A DNA stretch of 64,000 nt from Eledone cirrhosa (taxonomy: Eukaryota), in the NCBI GenBank assembly GCA_964016885.1, contig OZ024740.1:63984001-64048000 (forward strand), given 5' to 3'. Of this stretch, positions 39,512 to 56,699 are shown in pieces. The notes under the pieces are model-generated. The model saw only the letters and a program-made list of their open reading frames with translations, searched no databases and had not been told where the DNA came from. Position 1 is the stretch's first letter; each line of letters begins with the position of its first letter. The position numbers and the translations under genes are program-made.

Positions 39512-39815
39512 TCAGACGTTCTTTGTCATGATGAAAGCTGCTTTTGCATTGCCAATCCTGGCTGTGATGTCTCGGTCGGTTCCCCCACGCCGATTAACCA
39601 GGTAGATAAATGACTCCATCTCTCTGATGGGCTCTCTACCGACTGTGAATAGTGTGTTGTCAGTGGTGTTGATCTTCATCAGCTCGGTATTATTTTTGTT
39701 TATCTTGTGCCGTATCCCGGCTGACATGGTCTCCAAGCGGGAGGTCTTGTCCTGTATCTGGTCGTAACTATGTGACAAGAGTCCCAGGTCATCAGCAAAA
39801 TCGATGTCTTCCGGA
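39512..39815 (-). mobile_element. RTE LINE RT fragment
   Basis: EDIDFADDLGLLSHS..ESFIYL..DITARIGNAKAAF. Confidence 0.82.
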
Positions 39816-40264
39816 TGAGGCACGGTGACAGAAATCACCCCTGACGAACTCAGGTCTTCTCCTCGAGATTCTCTGACAGTTGGCCGGCGTGGGCAATCTT
39901 ACAGCCCATCCCTCTACAAGAGCTGATAGAAGACTTGATATGAGATCATGTGTTGAAAGCGATATTGTTATATTGAGGATGGTCTTGTTGCCAATGTTGC
40001 CAATAGAAAGAAACACACACACCATATAATTTTCACTTTATCTTTATTATTCGTTATTCATAAAAATACACACATTTACCAGCAAAGAATGAAATAAACC
40101 AATGTTTTTTAAATGAATTTTAGCACCGATGTGTAGACGTTCCCGTCTTGTTCTCGCTGTCAGAAATGTAATATAACAGTGATAGGCCATTGGAAACCTA
40201 CAGGCAGCGGCGAAGCCGTTGCCAGGAATTCCCTAAAAATAAATGAATAACTAAAATATATAAT

Positions 40265-40329
<65 letters not shown>

Positions 40330-40465
40330 CATGCATACATGCATGCATTCATACATGCATGCATACATGCTTACATACATGCATACACACATGTATATAT
40401 ACATAAATACATGCATATATACATGCATACATGCTTACATGCATACACACATGTATATATATATA

Positions 40466-40701
40466 TGGTGGCTGCCAACTCGTTTTCGAGTACGACCACT
40501 ACTTTATATCCATGTAGGAGAACCCCTACCGATGCGCTGAACGAGTGTGACTTTTTAGTCCAGCCTGCGACATGAAAACTCTGGTACAAACACTACACTT
40601 GTGACAATTATTGACACATAGTGCTGGGCCCATGGTACCATGTGACGACAAGTGCAGAGAGATCTCCAGATATAAAGCAATGCCTGTGCCGTGAAGCTTT
40701 T
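40466..40701. repeat. Partial second copy of the 46151-46758 interspersed repeat
   Basis: Near-identical to 46151-46388. Confidence 0.88.
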
Positions 40702-40806
40702 ATACATACATGCATGCATATATGCTTACATACATGCATACACACATGTATATATACATACATACATGCATACATATATACATACATGCATATATGCTTA
40801 CATACA

Positions 40807-40862
<56 letters not shown>

Positions 40863-40866
<4 letters not shown>

Positions 40867-41298
40867 CAAAGATTATATGATTCATTGATTACTCAATGAA
40901 TATAGTTTTACAATAGATTAAAAGCACTCTACAAGGAAGTTTTCTGGAGTTAGTAATATTATTCAAAATATTAATAAATGAATACGTTCATATCAAAATA
41001 TATGTTTTATTATATATATTTCAAAGGTACTGTGCTGTTTTTTCAGTACGCCCTCATCAGATAAAATACATAAATTGATGTATGACATACCTCAACTGTC
41101 TTGATGGTTCAATTCCAGTATTGGTAGTCAATACTGGAATTGAACCATCAAGACAGTTGAGGTATGTCATACATCAATTCATATATTTATCTGATGAGGG
41201 CGTACTGAAAAAACAGCACAGTACCTCCGAAATATATATAATAAAACATATATTTTTATTATATGAACGTATTCATTTATTAATATTTTGAATAATAT
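40863..41298. mobile_element. Fold-back element (~168-bp arms 40956-41123 / 41129-41298, 5-nt loop, one-sided tail) with a hammerhead on each arm, within (TA)n
   Basis: Direct reverse-complement match with a few mismatches. The tail resembles 19400-19520. Confidence 0.88.
41181..41253 (+). ncRNA. Type I hammerhead ribozyme (mirror copy on the minus strand at ~41000-41070)
   Basis: TTTAT/ATAAA stem I. CTGATGA at 41191. Stem II GGgcGTACTG/CAGTACctCC. GAAA at 41229. AUA site at 41238-41240. Confidence 0.75.
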
Positions 41299-41660
41299 AT
41301 ATATATATATATACATAAATGTTTGATCTCCGTCGGCTCTGGTGACTGTTATTCCATTTTTTTCAACAAAGTAACAGCCAGCTCACGAAATTAACGTGTA
41401 AATACATGTAACGTAGTTCGCAGGGAGATTGAGCGTGACACATCGCGTGACACTTAAGTTTCCTAGCAAAGTAGACTGGAGCAACGTGAAGCAACATGTC
41501 TTGCTGAAAGACATAAGACGTAACCGGAAATCAATCTCACGATATCAGGCTCATTTGCCGAAATACAAAGCCTCACTTTGTATTCACTGAATACAACACA
41601 CACACACACACACACACATACATACACACACAGATACATACATACACACACAGACACATA

Positions 41661-41723
<63 letters not shown>

Positions 41724-41845
41724 TTATATGCATGCATTTTAATGTATAGGTCTGGCTAATTCTATATATCTGATAACAATTCTTTCTTTATTGTAAAGAT
41801 TAACACAATGAAATTGAAAAGAGCATAAGCATAAAAGGATGTATG

Positions 41846-41881
<36 letters not shown>

Positions 41882-41931
41882 AGTGTGTGTGTGTATAATA
41901 TGATTGAAACAAATTTATTTTGATCTATATT

Positions 41932-42043
<112 letters not shown>

Positions 42044-42139
42044 TGCACACATATATACGTGTATATATATATATATAAATGCATGTATATATATGTGTGT
42101 AACTGTGTACATACACACACATATATATATATACATGTA

Positions 42140-42254
<115 letters not shown>

Positions 42255-42899
42255 CATACATGTATATATGTGTGTGTATACACACGCACGTATAAAGTTA
42301 GACTGAGAAATAAAGAGGAAACCATAGACAATGTAATCATACAAATAACTGTACACAATGTTTTAGAATTTCCCGTCTTAATTTACACTTGTGTGAAGCC
42401 AACTGTGAAGAGCCTCCAAGCTTGGTGCGTGACAACCTTTTACCATGATTTATAAGAAGAGAATGTAAAATAAGTATTGAAAATAATATTAGCATTTGCA
42501 CATTCAAGTACTCACTCACGCTCACCTAGACATATTCTTATACGTAAATCCATAATACTTACATGCATACATACATAAATGCATACATACCCTATGCGGA
42601 AGACTATTATTTAAAGTTAAGATAAATACTATCTGTAACAATAATGTCACAACTACCAAGCCTCGTTAAATAACTGGATATTCTTCTGATCATATTCATT
42701 GAAGACACCTTTTATTCAAGATCGTAGAGAGATCCGCCTAAATACTGACTTCACTTTACAAGGATTTGCTACAAACAACATGGCTGGACACGGCAACTTC
42801 AACATCAAGAACACTAATGAATAATCGAAGAAAAACAACGAGAAAAGTAAGAAGATTATTTTTAGTTATATCATAGTTATAGAAGGAACTGAAACTATG

Positions 42900-44930
<2,031 letters not shown>

Positions 44931-45049
44931 TCTACCTCGAGTTGCGACCGATAGATAGTATTAGCAATTGGAAAGACCAACGGAAACATTGTTCCCTCGG
45001 TCAGATTTGACGAAAGTCGATCGTTCCTTTATTTATATATATATATATA

Positions 45050-45391
45050 TACTTTAATCTGTTATTTTAATAAATATTTGCTCCTCGGTTCTTATATATC
45101 TGATATATATTTATCCTTATCGAGCCCTCTTTGGATTTTAGTCTTCAAATTTATTATTATTACTATATATATATATAGTAATAATAATAAATTTGAAGAC
45201 TAAAATCCAAAGAGGGCTCGATAAGTATAAATATATATCAGATATATAAGAACCGAGGAGCAAATATTTATTAAAATAACAGATTAAAGTTTAAGCAAAG
45301 AATCTCTGCTTTCACCCTTAAGTGTTTTCAGAAGATCCCGTTAAGGGTGAAAGCACCGATTCTTTGCTTAAACTTTAATCTGTTATTTTAA

Positions 45392-45395
<4 letters not shown>
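45050..45395. mobile_element. Double fold-back element (palindrome centred on a short (TA)n at ~45170, second hairpin centred ~45330)
   Basis: 45051-45163 is the reverse complement of 45178-45290. 45270-45321 is the reverse complement of 45341-45392. Confidence 0.85.
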
Positions 45396-45458
<63 letters not shown>

Positions 45459-46150
45459 CTAGATAGATAGCTACGTCTACTGATACAGACATACATACTT
45501 TCATGCGCTTATACCTCCACAAAAACATACATAATAGACGTCAACATACTGTGATAAAATTAAAAGATTAGAGAAAATCACGCATCTATGCTGAGCTAAT
45601 GAGAAACGTGCAGATATTACAGTCAGACTATAACGTTAGATTTATACCTGTAATTATTAGGACATTGGGATATATAATAATAGCCTCAGAACAAATCTCG
45701 AAATGATGAGCTTCACTGCACCAGTTAGGATACGACTAATTAGAACATTGCAATTACAAGCCATTAATGGAACTGTAGAAATACGTAAAACCTTTCAGAT
45801 ATTAGCCTGTAGCACGCACACACACACACATACACACACAAACATACACTCATGCACTCACGCACACACATACACAAACTCGTATGCACACATGTATTTA
45901 CATGGAAGTATGTATATGTGCACATACATAAGTCCTAATATACAGATTCAAATACGTTAAGCCACACAAGTATGCAGGCATACACATACACACGTAAACA
46001 TTTGCATAAATACATATTTACATACAAACATATATACATCATAGCTCTCCAGCATTAATACAAACGAAAGAGTTTTATTTTTGAGATGGAGAAACTCATC
46101 TGTTAGCGAGAGAACCGACAAATAAAGCCAGAAGAACATACATATTTACA

Positions 46151-46758
46151 TGGTGGCTGCCAACTCGTTTTCGAGTACGGCCACTACTTTATATCCATGT
46201 AGGAGAACGCCTACCGATGCGCTGAACGAGTGTGACTTTTTAGTCCAGCCAGCGTATTGAAAACTCTGGTACAAACACTACACTTGTGACAATTATTGAC
46301 ACATAGTGCTGGGCCCATGGTACCATGTGAGGACAAGTGCAGAGAGATCTCCAGATATAAAGCAATGCCTGTGCCGTGAAGCTTTTATAGTGAGCAAAGG
46401 CACTGCACAAAGCCAGTCCCACTCTCTTAACCAAGATGATATTTACCAAAAAGAAGAACAAGTCAACATCATTGGATACCATCAGGGTTGCAGGTGTTAT
46501 ATCAGAGTTTTCCTTCTCCTAGAATTCTGCCTTGACAAAGGCTAAGGGGTCATCTCTCCCGGTGATTTTGGATGGCCATTGACTCTTAAGAGCTCCTTTG
46601 CCCTTTGACAGGTTTTGTTTTTAGTCCTGCAGGATGTCCAAAGTCACCCTCCTCACCAAGAAACCTTGGTGGGGTTGCCAGTTTAGTCGCCAACGTCCCG
46701 ACCATGAGACAGGTTGTATTGGGATACATGTTACTAGTAGCACCAACTGGTGACCATA
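46151..46758 (-). mobile_element. Interspersed repeat, probably a LINE (RTE-like) 5' UTR
   Basis: Duplicated at 40466. GC-richer, self-complementary 5' end and ttgtcaaggcagaattctaggagaaggaaaactctga motif resembling RTE 5' UTRs (inference). Confidence 0.45.
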
Positions 46759-46844
46759 TTTACATACATGCATACATACGGATGAATATATATTCAAAGG
46801 GGCGCCGATATTGTTATGAGGTTAAGAATTTCACTTTGTATAAT

Positions 46845-47212
46845 GTTTGTTTCTACTTTTGGCACAAGGCCAGCAATGACCCAGTGCATTACTGGTACTT
46901 TATTTTATCGACCCCGTAAAGACGAAAGTCAAAGCTAATCTCGGCAGGATTTGAACACAGAAGGCGAAAGGACATAACTGTATACTGCAAAGCATGGTGT
47001 CTGACGTTCTACCGATACTGCCAATAATAATAATTGTTTCTACTTTTGACACCAGGCCAGCAATTATCTCAGTGCATTACTGGTACTTTATTTTATCGAC
47101 ACCGTAAGGATGAAAGGCAAAGTTAACCTCGGCGGGATTTGAACTCAGATCATAAAGGGAGGTAACTCTATGCTTCAAAGCTTGGCGCCCGACCCTCTAC
47201 CGATACTGCCAA
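46845..47212 (-). mobile_element. Two tandem copies of tRNA-derived SINE family 1 (46845-47023, 47033-47210)
   Basis: Head ggcagtatcggtaga, B-box GTTCAAATCC, tail ...agtagaaaca(att)n. Confidence 0.85.
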
Positions 47213-47706
47213 TAATGACGATGGGACAAATGGAAGCGAGGAAGTTTAAAAGTTGTTTTGTTGAAGTGGATAGTTTGTAGGTCTGCATTGTGGAATTACA
47301 AAAGTAAAATGGAGAGCAAATGTCGTGCCTATGCATACATTTACATACTGTCGCATATACATAAACGTACACACAGATGCACATACATTTATATACAAAA
47401 GTATACACATACATACACACACGTGTACTCATACATACACACATACACATCTGAGTTTGTGTGTGTGTGTGGCGGATGTTGTATATATGTGTGTGTTGAT
47501 GTGTTCATGCATGTATGTGTGTGTCTTTAGGGATTTGTTGTAGAAATAAACACGAAACTAAGTTGTAATAGTATAATCGTAGCCCCATAATAAATATATA
47601 CACTCTATTCTGTATTGAGAACATTTCCTTTTATTTGTAAACACTAACATAAACCTCTACGCTGATAGATACACACATACACGCAGATTCACACACATAC
47701 ACGCAG

Positions 47707-47797
<91 letters not shown>

Positions 47798-47820
47798 ATA
47801 GCCGTACATACACACATGCA

Positions 47821-47871
<51 letters not shown>

Positions 47872-47898
47872 GAACATGTGTGTATGCACGCCTCAGTG

Positions 47899-47929
<31 letters not shown>

Positions 47930-48685
47930 GGAGCGTGTGTGTATGTACGCCTCGGTGTATATATATATATATATATAGGCCTCGCTCCATATATATATAT
48001 ATATAGATAGATATGTATGTATATATATATACATATATATATAAACACATACACGACAACAAAATACTGATGTCGTCAACCTGAGTCATCAATTTTTATT
48101 CAAACTAAGCTGTTATTGAAAGCTCCTCTGGTGCATCACCAACATTATTAAGAGAAAGACAAGTAACACATACATACAAAAGAAAAAAATCAAAACAAAA
48201 AATCACAGAACAAAAACGATCAAATAATAAACGTTATTGCATTAGAAAGTATACAATTGTGTACGTTCTCCCTTCTATAATAAAACTAGCTTTAATTTCA
48301 ATTTCCCCTCATTATTTCCGTATGTCGAACATTATGAAAAGCCCAACATACTACTTAATTGAATTGGTTAGTACATCATTTGTTCATTTGTTCATTTTGC
48401 TGGGAATTTAACAATATGTTAAGAAAAGGCATGCTGTACTTTGCAGGGTAATTTGTAATTTGCTATAGTTTCTTTTCTCTAGAGAATGCTCAGTGTGCGT
48501 CTTTTAACGACCATTTCTAGCTTGCATTGACTTAAAGAAAAATAATTTTGTTTCGTTATATTCTTTGCGTGAATAGATAGACGTATACATATATAAATAG
48601 ATGCAGACATATATATTAAATGCACACATACACCTGCATACAGACATACACAAATGTATACGTATAAACTTGTATACATATGTAT

Positions 48686-48765
<80 letters not shown>

Positions 48766-48769
<4 letters not shown>

Positions 48770-49217
48770 ACGTACATACATATATGTATGCAGACGTACA
48801 GTAGTATGTATATACATACATACATGCACACATATATATATGTACGTATGGGATTACCGAACATTTATTATAATGTTCGTTTTTTTGTAAACAAACAGCC
48901 CGAGTTAAGCCGTACAGTGTTCGGCAACCATCATTGCCCTTTTGTTCAACACTGACAAAGGAACGATGAACTAGTTTCTAGCTTCTTAGCTGTTATCAAC
49001 ACCGTATACCTTCCTGTCAATCGATTGAACGTTTGCAAGTATATACTTTCCTTATGCATATGAACGGCTGAGCAGCCTAATTTGCATATCAAGTGAGTTA
49101 GTCGGCCGGGTGTACCGAAAACGATAAAAGGAAAAAATGAAATTTCATTTCTCACTCTTAGTACGGCTGATACTTAAATATAAGTATGTATACGTACATA
49201 CATATATGTATACAGAC

Positions 49218-49220
<3 letters not shown>
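48766..49220 (-). mobile_element. Terminally redundant 422-nt retrozyme-like unit (hammerhead core mutated to TTGATAA)
   Basis: 33-nt direct repeat gtatacgtacatacatatatgtatRcagacgta at 48766 and 49188. Homologous to 18088-18500. Flanked by (TA)n. Confidence 0.82.
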
Positions 49221-49869
<649 letters not shown>

Positions 49870-50404
49870 TAATAAGAGGAATTCCAACTTTGTCTGATTT
49901 ACTCGTTTTATTTACAATCCTTTAAAATATATATACTGGTATTATAATGAAATAGTATGATAGAATATTAAATTCTAAGTGTTAATTGAACAAGTACTTT
50001 CATGCTTTCGCAATCTTCAGGTTCATGATATGTGGTGACAGTCGAGTTTGCAATTTTCAACTGTAATGAGATGGGTAAATTTCCTACCTTTTATACATTT
50101 TATACAGAGAAAAGTGGCTCCAGAATGCAAAGCCCTGTAAACTGTATTTCGACCAATCAGTGTGTAGTTTCACTGAATTACTACAGCTGATTGGTTTAAG
50201 CGTCACGGCTGGTTGAGCATGCTAACGACCAATAGTCATCTCCAACGTATCAATTGTTTTGCTTTTTTTGAAATGATGAAAATAGCATTTTCTATTAATC
50301 ATCACCATCAACATCACTTTTATTATTATTATTATTATTGTTGTTGTTGTTGTTGTTAGTGGTCGTGGTCATAGTGGTAGTAGAAGTAATACCCCTAGGC
50401 GTTA

Positions 50405-52881
50405 TTATTGTTCATTTAGCTTGGGTTTGAATTTATCAATAAAATTCTTTTCTTTGATTTTTCTCTTGATTTCACTTGGGCTGTGTAATTTGTAGAATGG
50501 GAATATTATAAATATTCCCTGACCACATGTTGCCAGGTGGCCGCTTAGGGGTATCTGACGGACATTTGGGTCTCTGATTTGTTGACGGTGTACCCGTGCA
50601 CGTTCCGATAGTGCATTTCCAGTTTGACCGACATATAGTTCTTCACAATTCGGGCATTTAATGCAGTAAATTAGATTTCTGTTTTTGCAGTTCATATTTG
50701 CATTTGGGAATATTTTTCCAGTTTTTGTTTTCATATATTGACCGGCGTGTATGGATTGACATGTGCCGCATCGATTATCATTGCATTTAGATACAGTGAA
50801 TGATTGGTCTTTGTTGTTAAGGTCAAACTTTGCTTTTGTTAGCAATTGCTTCAAATTTTTTGGCTGTCTTTTACTAAGAGTCAAAGATCGATCTGTGATT
50901 AAGCCTTTTAATTCATTACTTTGAGCAATGATCGGTAGGTTTGCTTTGGCAGTGTTGAAGATATTCTGGTGACATGGGTTGTGTGTCATTATAAATGGTA
51001 TGACCAGTTCTTGGTTTCTTCTTCCTTGGGTTGTTCTAAGTTGTTGTATAGGTATTTTTATAGCCCGCTGTATGCCATTTTCTATAAGTAGAGATGGGTA
51101 TTTTTGTTTGAGCAAAAATTCTCTTAGTTCTGTTAGGCGTTTGTACCTGGTATTCGTATCTTCTACAATGGTACAAATTCTTCTGGCTAGGCAGTATGGG
51201 ATGTTGCGTTTTGTATGAGGTGGATGGCACGACTTAAAATTCAGATATTGATGGGTGTCTGTGTGTTTATAATATATATCCGTGGTAATGGTGGTGTCGT
51301 TTTTGATTATCATTATATCTAGGAATGGTAAGTTGGTCCTACTCATCTCTTTTGTGAATTGGAGAGATGGGTGTAGGTTATTCAGGAGGATATTGAACTC
51401 ATCCAGAGTATCTAGAGATTCTGTCCAGATGATGAAACAGTCGTCAAGGTATCTGTCTCTTCCAAGATTTTTCAATGTACTTTCTAAAGTCAGTACTATA
51501 TTTTTCCTCTATTTCTTGGTAGAGTTGTTGTTCTAAGTATCCCATTACAGAGTTCGCGTAAACGGGAGCAAACTTCGTTCCCATCGCTGTACCTCTAATT
51601 TGGATGTAATTCTTTCCATTGAAGAAGAAAGTGTTGTTTTCCAGAATAAGTTTAACTGCGTCTAATATAAATGGCGCTGTGAATCTAATGGGAATCACTT
51701 CTCTATGTTTTTCCATCCAGTATTTAACCGCCTTTATTCCTAAATCATGTGTAATGTTGGTGTAAAGGCTTACCACATCAAAACTGAGTAGAAGTGAATT
51801 CGTTTCCGTGGTTTTGGGAAGATGGGACAGGAAGTCGATATCATCCCAGATGAAACTGGGTATGTGAATACATAGTGGTTTCAAAATAATGTCAACAAAA
51901 TTGCTTAGACGGCGAGTGGGGCATGTTGGACCAGCTATAATAGGTCTAAGTTTTAAGTCTTTAGTGTGTAATAATTTAATGTACTCACTGTTTTGTTCTC
52001 TTACTGCCAGTTGTATTTCTTTTGACTTGTGAACTTTCGGTAGGCCATACAGGTTGCTGGGTTTCGGCTCAAAATTGGTGATGTAGTCTCTTTCCTTATC
52101 AGTAAATGAGTTGTGGTATTTTGAAGCCAGATTGTTGATCTTCTTCATGATGTTGTGGTCTATATTTGACGGTATTTCATGATAGAATGTTGTGTCTTTC
52201 AGTTGTTCCTCAACCAAATCCTTGTAGTATTCAGTATCCATTATAACAACTGCACCCCCTTTATCTGCTTGTTTAATTATTATTGTTTTATCATTTTGTA
52301 TACGTTTAAGTGCAGACATTTCTGATTTGTTAATGTTTCGCCTAACATTAGTAATATGTCTAAGAGGAAATTTAGACAGGATGTCAATGTATTGGTCGAG
52401 ATAGATATTTCTTCCTTTTGGCGGAGTGAAATTTGATTTATTCTTTACTAGTGATTCATCACTCTCATTATTTTTATCAGCGAAGAATTCTACAAGACGT
52501 AATTTTCGACAGAATTCTTGGGTATCCTCCTTCAGTTCTTGGTGGTTGACTGTTGGAGTCGGTGTGAATTTCAGTCCTTTTGACAGAATTTGCATTTCAT
52601 CATTGTCAAGATCTCTTTTAGATAAATTAATTATTTTAGGATCTACGTGTACAGCTGTTTTGGGTATGTTTCCTCCTGGAGTTTTTCTTTTTCCGGTTTT
52701 TGTTGTCCGACGTTAAAAAATGGATTTTTCTCTGTTCAGGATTTATATTTCTGTTGGTGTTCGCTTGATGAACTTTTGGTCGTGATATTATATTTGGTTT
52801 CGTTATGTATTTTGTCCTATTTTTGGTATTCTGTATATTATTTTTCTTCCTGTTAGCATTATTTTTAACAAAAATACCCAT
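50405..52881 (-). pseudogene. Penelope RT + GIY-YIG endonuclease ORF (frameshift ~51460, 5' truncated)
   Basis: ORFs 52595-51444 and 51475-50405 together give the full RT-EN order. Confidence 0.92.
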
Positions 52882-52985
52882 CTCTACTTATAGAAAATGG
52901 CATACAGCGGGCTATAAAAATACCTATACAACAACTTAGAACAACCCAAGGAAGAAGAAACCAAGAACTGGTCATACCATTTATA

Positions 52986-53570
52986 ATGACACACAACCCA
53001 TGTCACCAGAATATCTTCAACACTGCCAAAGCAAACCTACCGATCATTGCTCAAAGTAATGAATTAAAAGGCTTAATCACAGATCGATCTTTGACTCTTA
53101 GTAAAAGACAGCCAAAAAATTTGAAGCAATTGCTAACAAAAGCAAAGTTTGACCTTAACAACAAAGACCAATCATTCACTGTATCTAAATGCAATGATAA
53201 TCGATGCGGCACATGTCAATCCATACACGCCGGTCAATATATGAAAACAAAAACTGGAAAAATATTCCCAAATGCAAATATGAACTGTAAAAGCAGAAAT
53301 CTAATTTACTGCATTAAATGCCCGAATTGTGAAGAACTATATGTCGGTCAAACTGGAAATGCACTATCGGAACGTGCACGGGTACACCGTCAACAAATCA
53401 GAGACCCAAATGTCCGTCAGATACCCCTAAGCGGCCACCTGGCAACATGTGGTCAGGGAATATTTATAATATTCCCATTCTACAAATTACACAGCCCAAG
53501 TGAAATCAAGAGTAAAATCAAAGAAAAGAATTTTATTGATAAATTCAAACCCAAGCTAAATAAACAATAA
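52986..53570 (+). pseudogene. Inverted duplicate of the Neptune linker + GIY-YIG domain
   Basis: 194 aa identical to the C-terminus of 50405-51475 except three residues. Confidence 0.93.
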
Positions 53571-53949
53571 TAACGCCTAGGGGTATTACTTCTACTACCA
53601 CTATGACCACGACCACTAACAACAACAACAACAACAATAATAATAATAATAATAAAAGTGATGTTGATGGTGATGATTAATAGAAAATGCTATTTTCATC
53701 ATTTCAAAAAAAGCAAAACAATTGATACGTTGGATATGGCTATTGGTCGTTAGCATGCTCAACCAGCCGTGACGCTTAAACCAATCAGCTGTAGTAATTC
53801 AGTGAAACTACACACTGATTGGTCGAAATACAGTTTACAGGGCTTTGCATTCTGGAGCCACTTTTCTCTGTATAAAATGTATAAAAGGTAGGAAATTTAC
53901 CCATCTCATTACAGTTGAAAATTGCAAACTCGACTGTCACCACATATCA

Positions 53950-53988
53950 TGAACCTGAAGATTGCGAAAGCATGAAAGTACTTGTTCA
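53950..53988 (+). ncRNA. Type I hammerhead in the Neptune terminal repeat (mirror copy on the minus strand at 49987-50025)
   Basis: TGAAC-CTGAAGA-tTGC-GAAA-GCAt-GAAA-GTAC-TT-GTTCA: GNRA-capped stem II and palindromic helix III loop. Confidence 0.82.
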
Positions 53989-54149
53989 ATTAACACTTAG
54001 AATTTAATATTCTATCATACTATTTCATTATAATACCAGTATATATATTTTAAAGGATTGTAAATAAAACGAGTAAATCAGACAAAGTTGGAATTCCTCT
54101 TATTAATATAATCTTCTATACACAATCATACACACCCGTGTATATTTAC

Positions 54150-54700
<551 letters not shown>

Positions 54701-55421
54701 TATCTATCTCTCTCTATATATATATACGATGAGTTTCTACACAGTTTTGTCTACCAAGTTACATTCACAAACCATTGGTAAAACCGAGGCTATGATTCGA
54801 GACACTTTCCCATTATGAATAAATAGTCAACAATCGGGATGCTGGTATAAACTATACAAATTGAATACACACAAACACACATATCAATGTGTGGAAAGGT
54901 GTGCACTACATACAATTTGAGTCAAATATATGTCTGCCGAGTTATTTTTACTAATGAGGCAAATTGTATGATTGAGTTTAAACTGGTAATAACTAGATGT
55001 GAACTGGTATATAATTTATTGAAAGAAAATTAAGACACTTATCGGAAACATTCAATTAAGAAGCCAAATTCTTCCTTCCTTTATTCAATGGAGACATCTC
55101 CCTCTCTCTTTTCTTATGTCACTCTCTCTTAAGAAATGTCTCATTTTTACTCACTCGCTCTTCATCGTTCTCAAATACACGTACATTCATGTGAAGCGAA
55201 TTAATTCAGCTAGAGCAAATTCTCAATTTAGAACACTTCACTCTTTCCAAAAGTTCCTTTATTTTCTTTTGAAATTCTTTCTCTTTTTCTCATACTGTCC
55301 TTCCCTTTCATCAAAGATATACACTCTTCTGATCTAAGAAGACATGCCTCCGCTAATATTAATATTAATAACCAATTCCTAACCCTAACACCTGACGTTC
55401 TAACGACTCTGTCAATTCGAA

Positions 55422-55555
<134 letters not shown>

Positions 55556-56699
55556 CAATAGGAAGATTTTAATTTCTAAGTTAAAAGTATCAACGTTTTT
55601 TGACTATGAAAAATAATGTAAGTCGGATATATAAACCTTAAAGACGGAAAGAATTCGCACAGCGCCGCTTGTGGGAGACGAGCAATATATCGAGACCTGC
55701 AATATATCGTCTCACCATGCTAACCATTACACAAAAGCACCAGCTGACATATTTTCCGTTATCTTAAGCTTTATCAACCAGACAGTAGATATGTAAACAA
55801 TCTATTTTAGAACCGTTGAGCGATAGGAAGTTTTAAATTTGAACGTCGAAAAACATCAATGTTTTTCGACTAGTCTAATAAGTTGGATATATAAACCCTA
55901 GAGATAGAATAAATTTGTACAGCGCCTTTCCACGGGTGGCGCTGTAGAAATTATGTATATATCTTCGCGATCTTTGATAGCTTCTTTTCTGTTTCTAAGT
56001 CTCTTCCCTACCCTATTCTATAAGGTATTTTGTAGAAACTGACTGTACAGTTATTTTCTGTGCTTGAGCATTCTACATTTTCTATAAACTTTATTTTTTC
56101 AGCGCTTCGAAAGTTCGAGCTTCTCACGCATTATTTGTTTACATTCTCAAAAGTAGATGGGAGTTTGTTACGTGTATCTAGAATGTGAATATTGGGTACG
56201 TTTTGTAATTCTTCTATGGAAGGCCAAGACATTTAGTTGATACCATCGGATCATTATAAAGACAGTAAGTGTTGAAGTAATTAATAGCATCAACAACATA
56301 GAAATTGCATGTGTATAATGAGTGTTTGTATTTACTACTCACTGTTTAAAAGTTAGTCCAGATAACAGAATGGAGAAAACATTGCGCCGGAGTATGGCGC
56401 GGGAGACGCGCCGGAACAACTACTCCAATTCTCAGGGCCTGCAGTTGCGGGTAGTCAACTTAACCCCGATAGCAGCGAGTAAGGATGTGGTTCGTGGGTC
56501 AAGGACGCGGAAGTTTCCCCTGCCACAGACGTGATAACAGACCTGTCAGAGAACGGCCAATACTTTGACAGTTTGTCATTTTTAGCCCGATGAAAAGCGA
56601 AGCCTGGGCTGGTAGCCAAACACACCAGGTTGCCGTTGGAATAGGTGTCGGAACATCTGACCTCCTAGATGAAGGGACTAGCACTATGAAATGGGAAGA

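Noticed and set aside
48055-48115. Minus-strand TTGATGA...GACA hammerhead-like remnant
   Set aside because: Both conserved boxes are mutated and no stem I was found.
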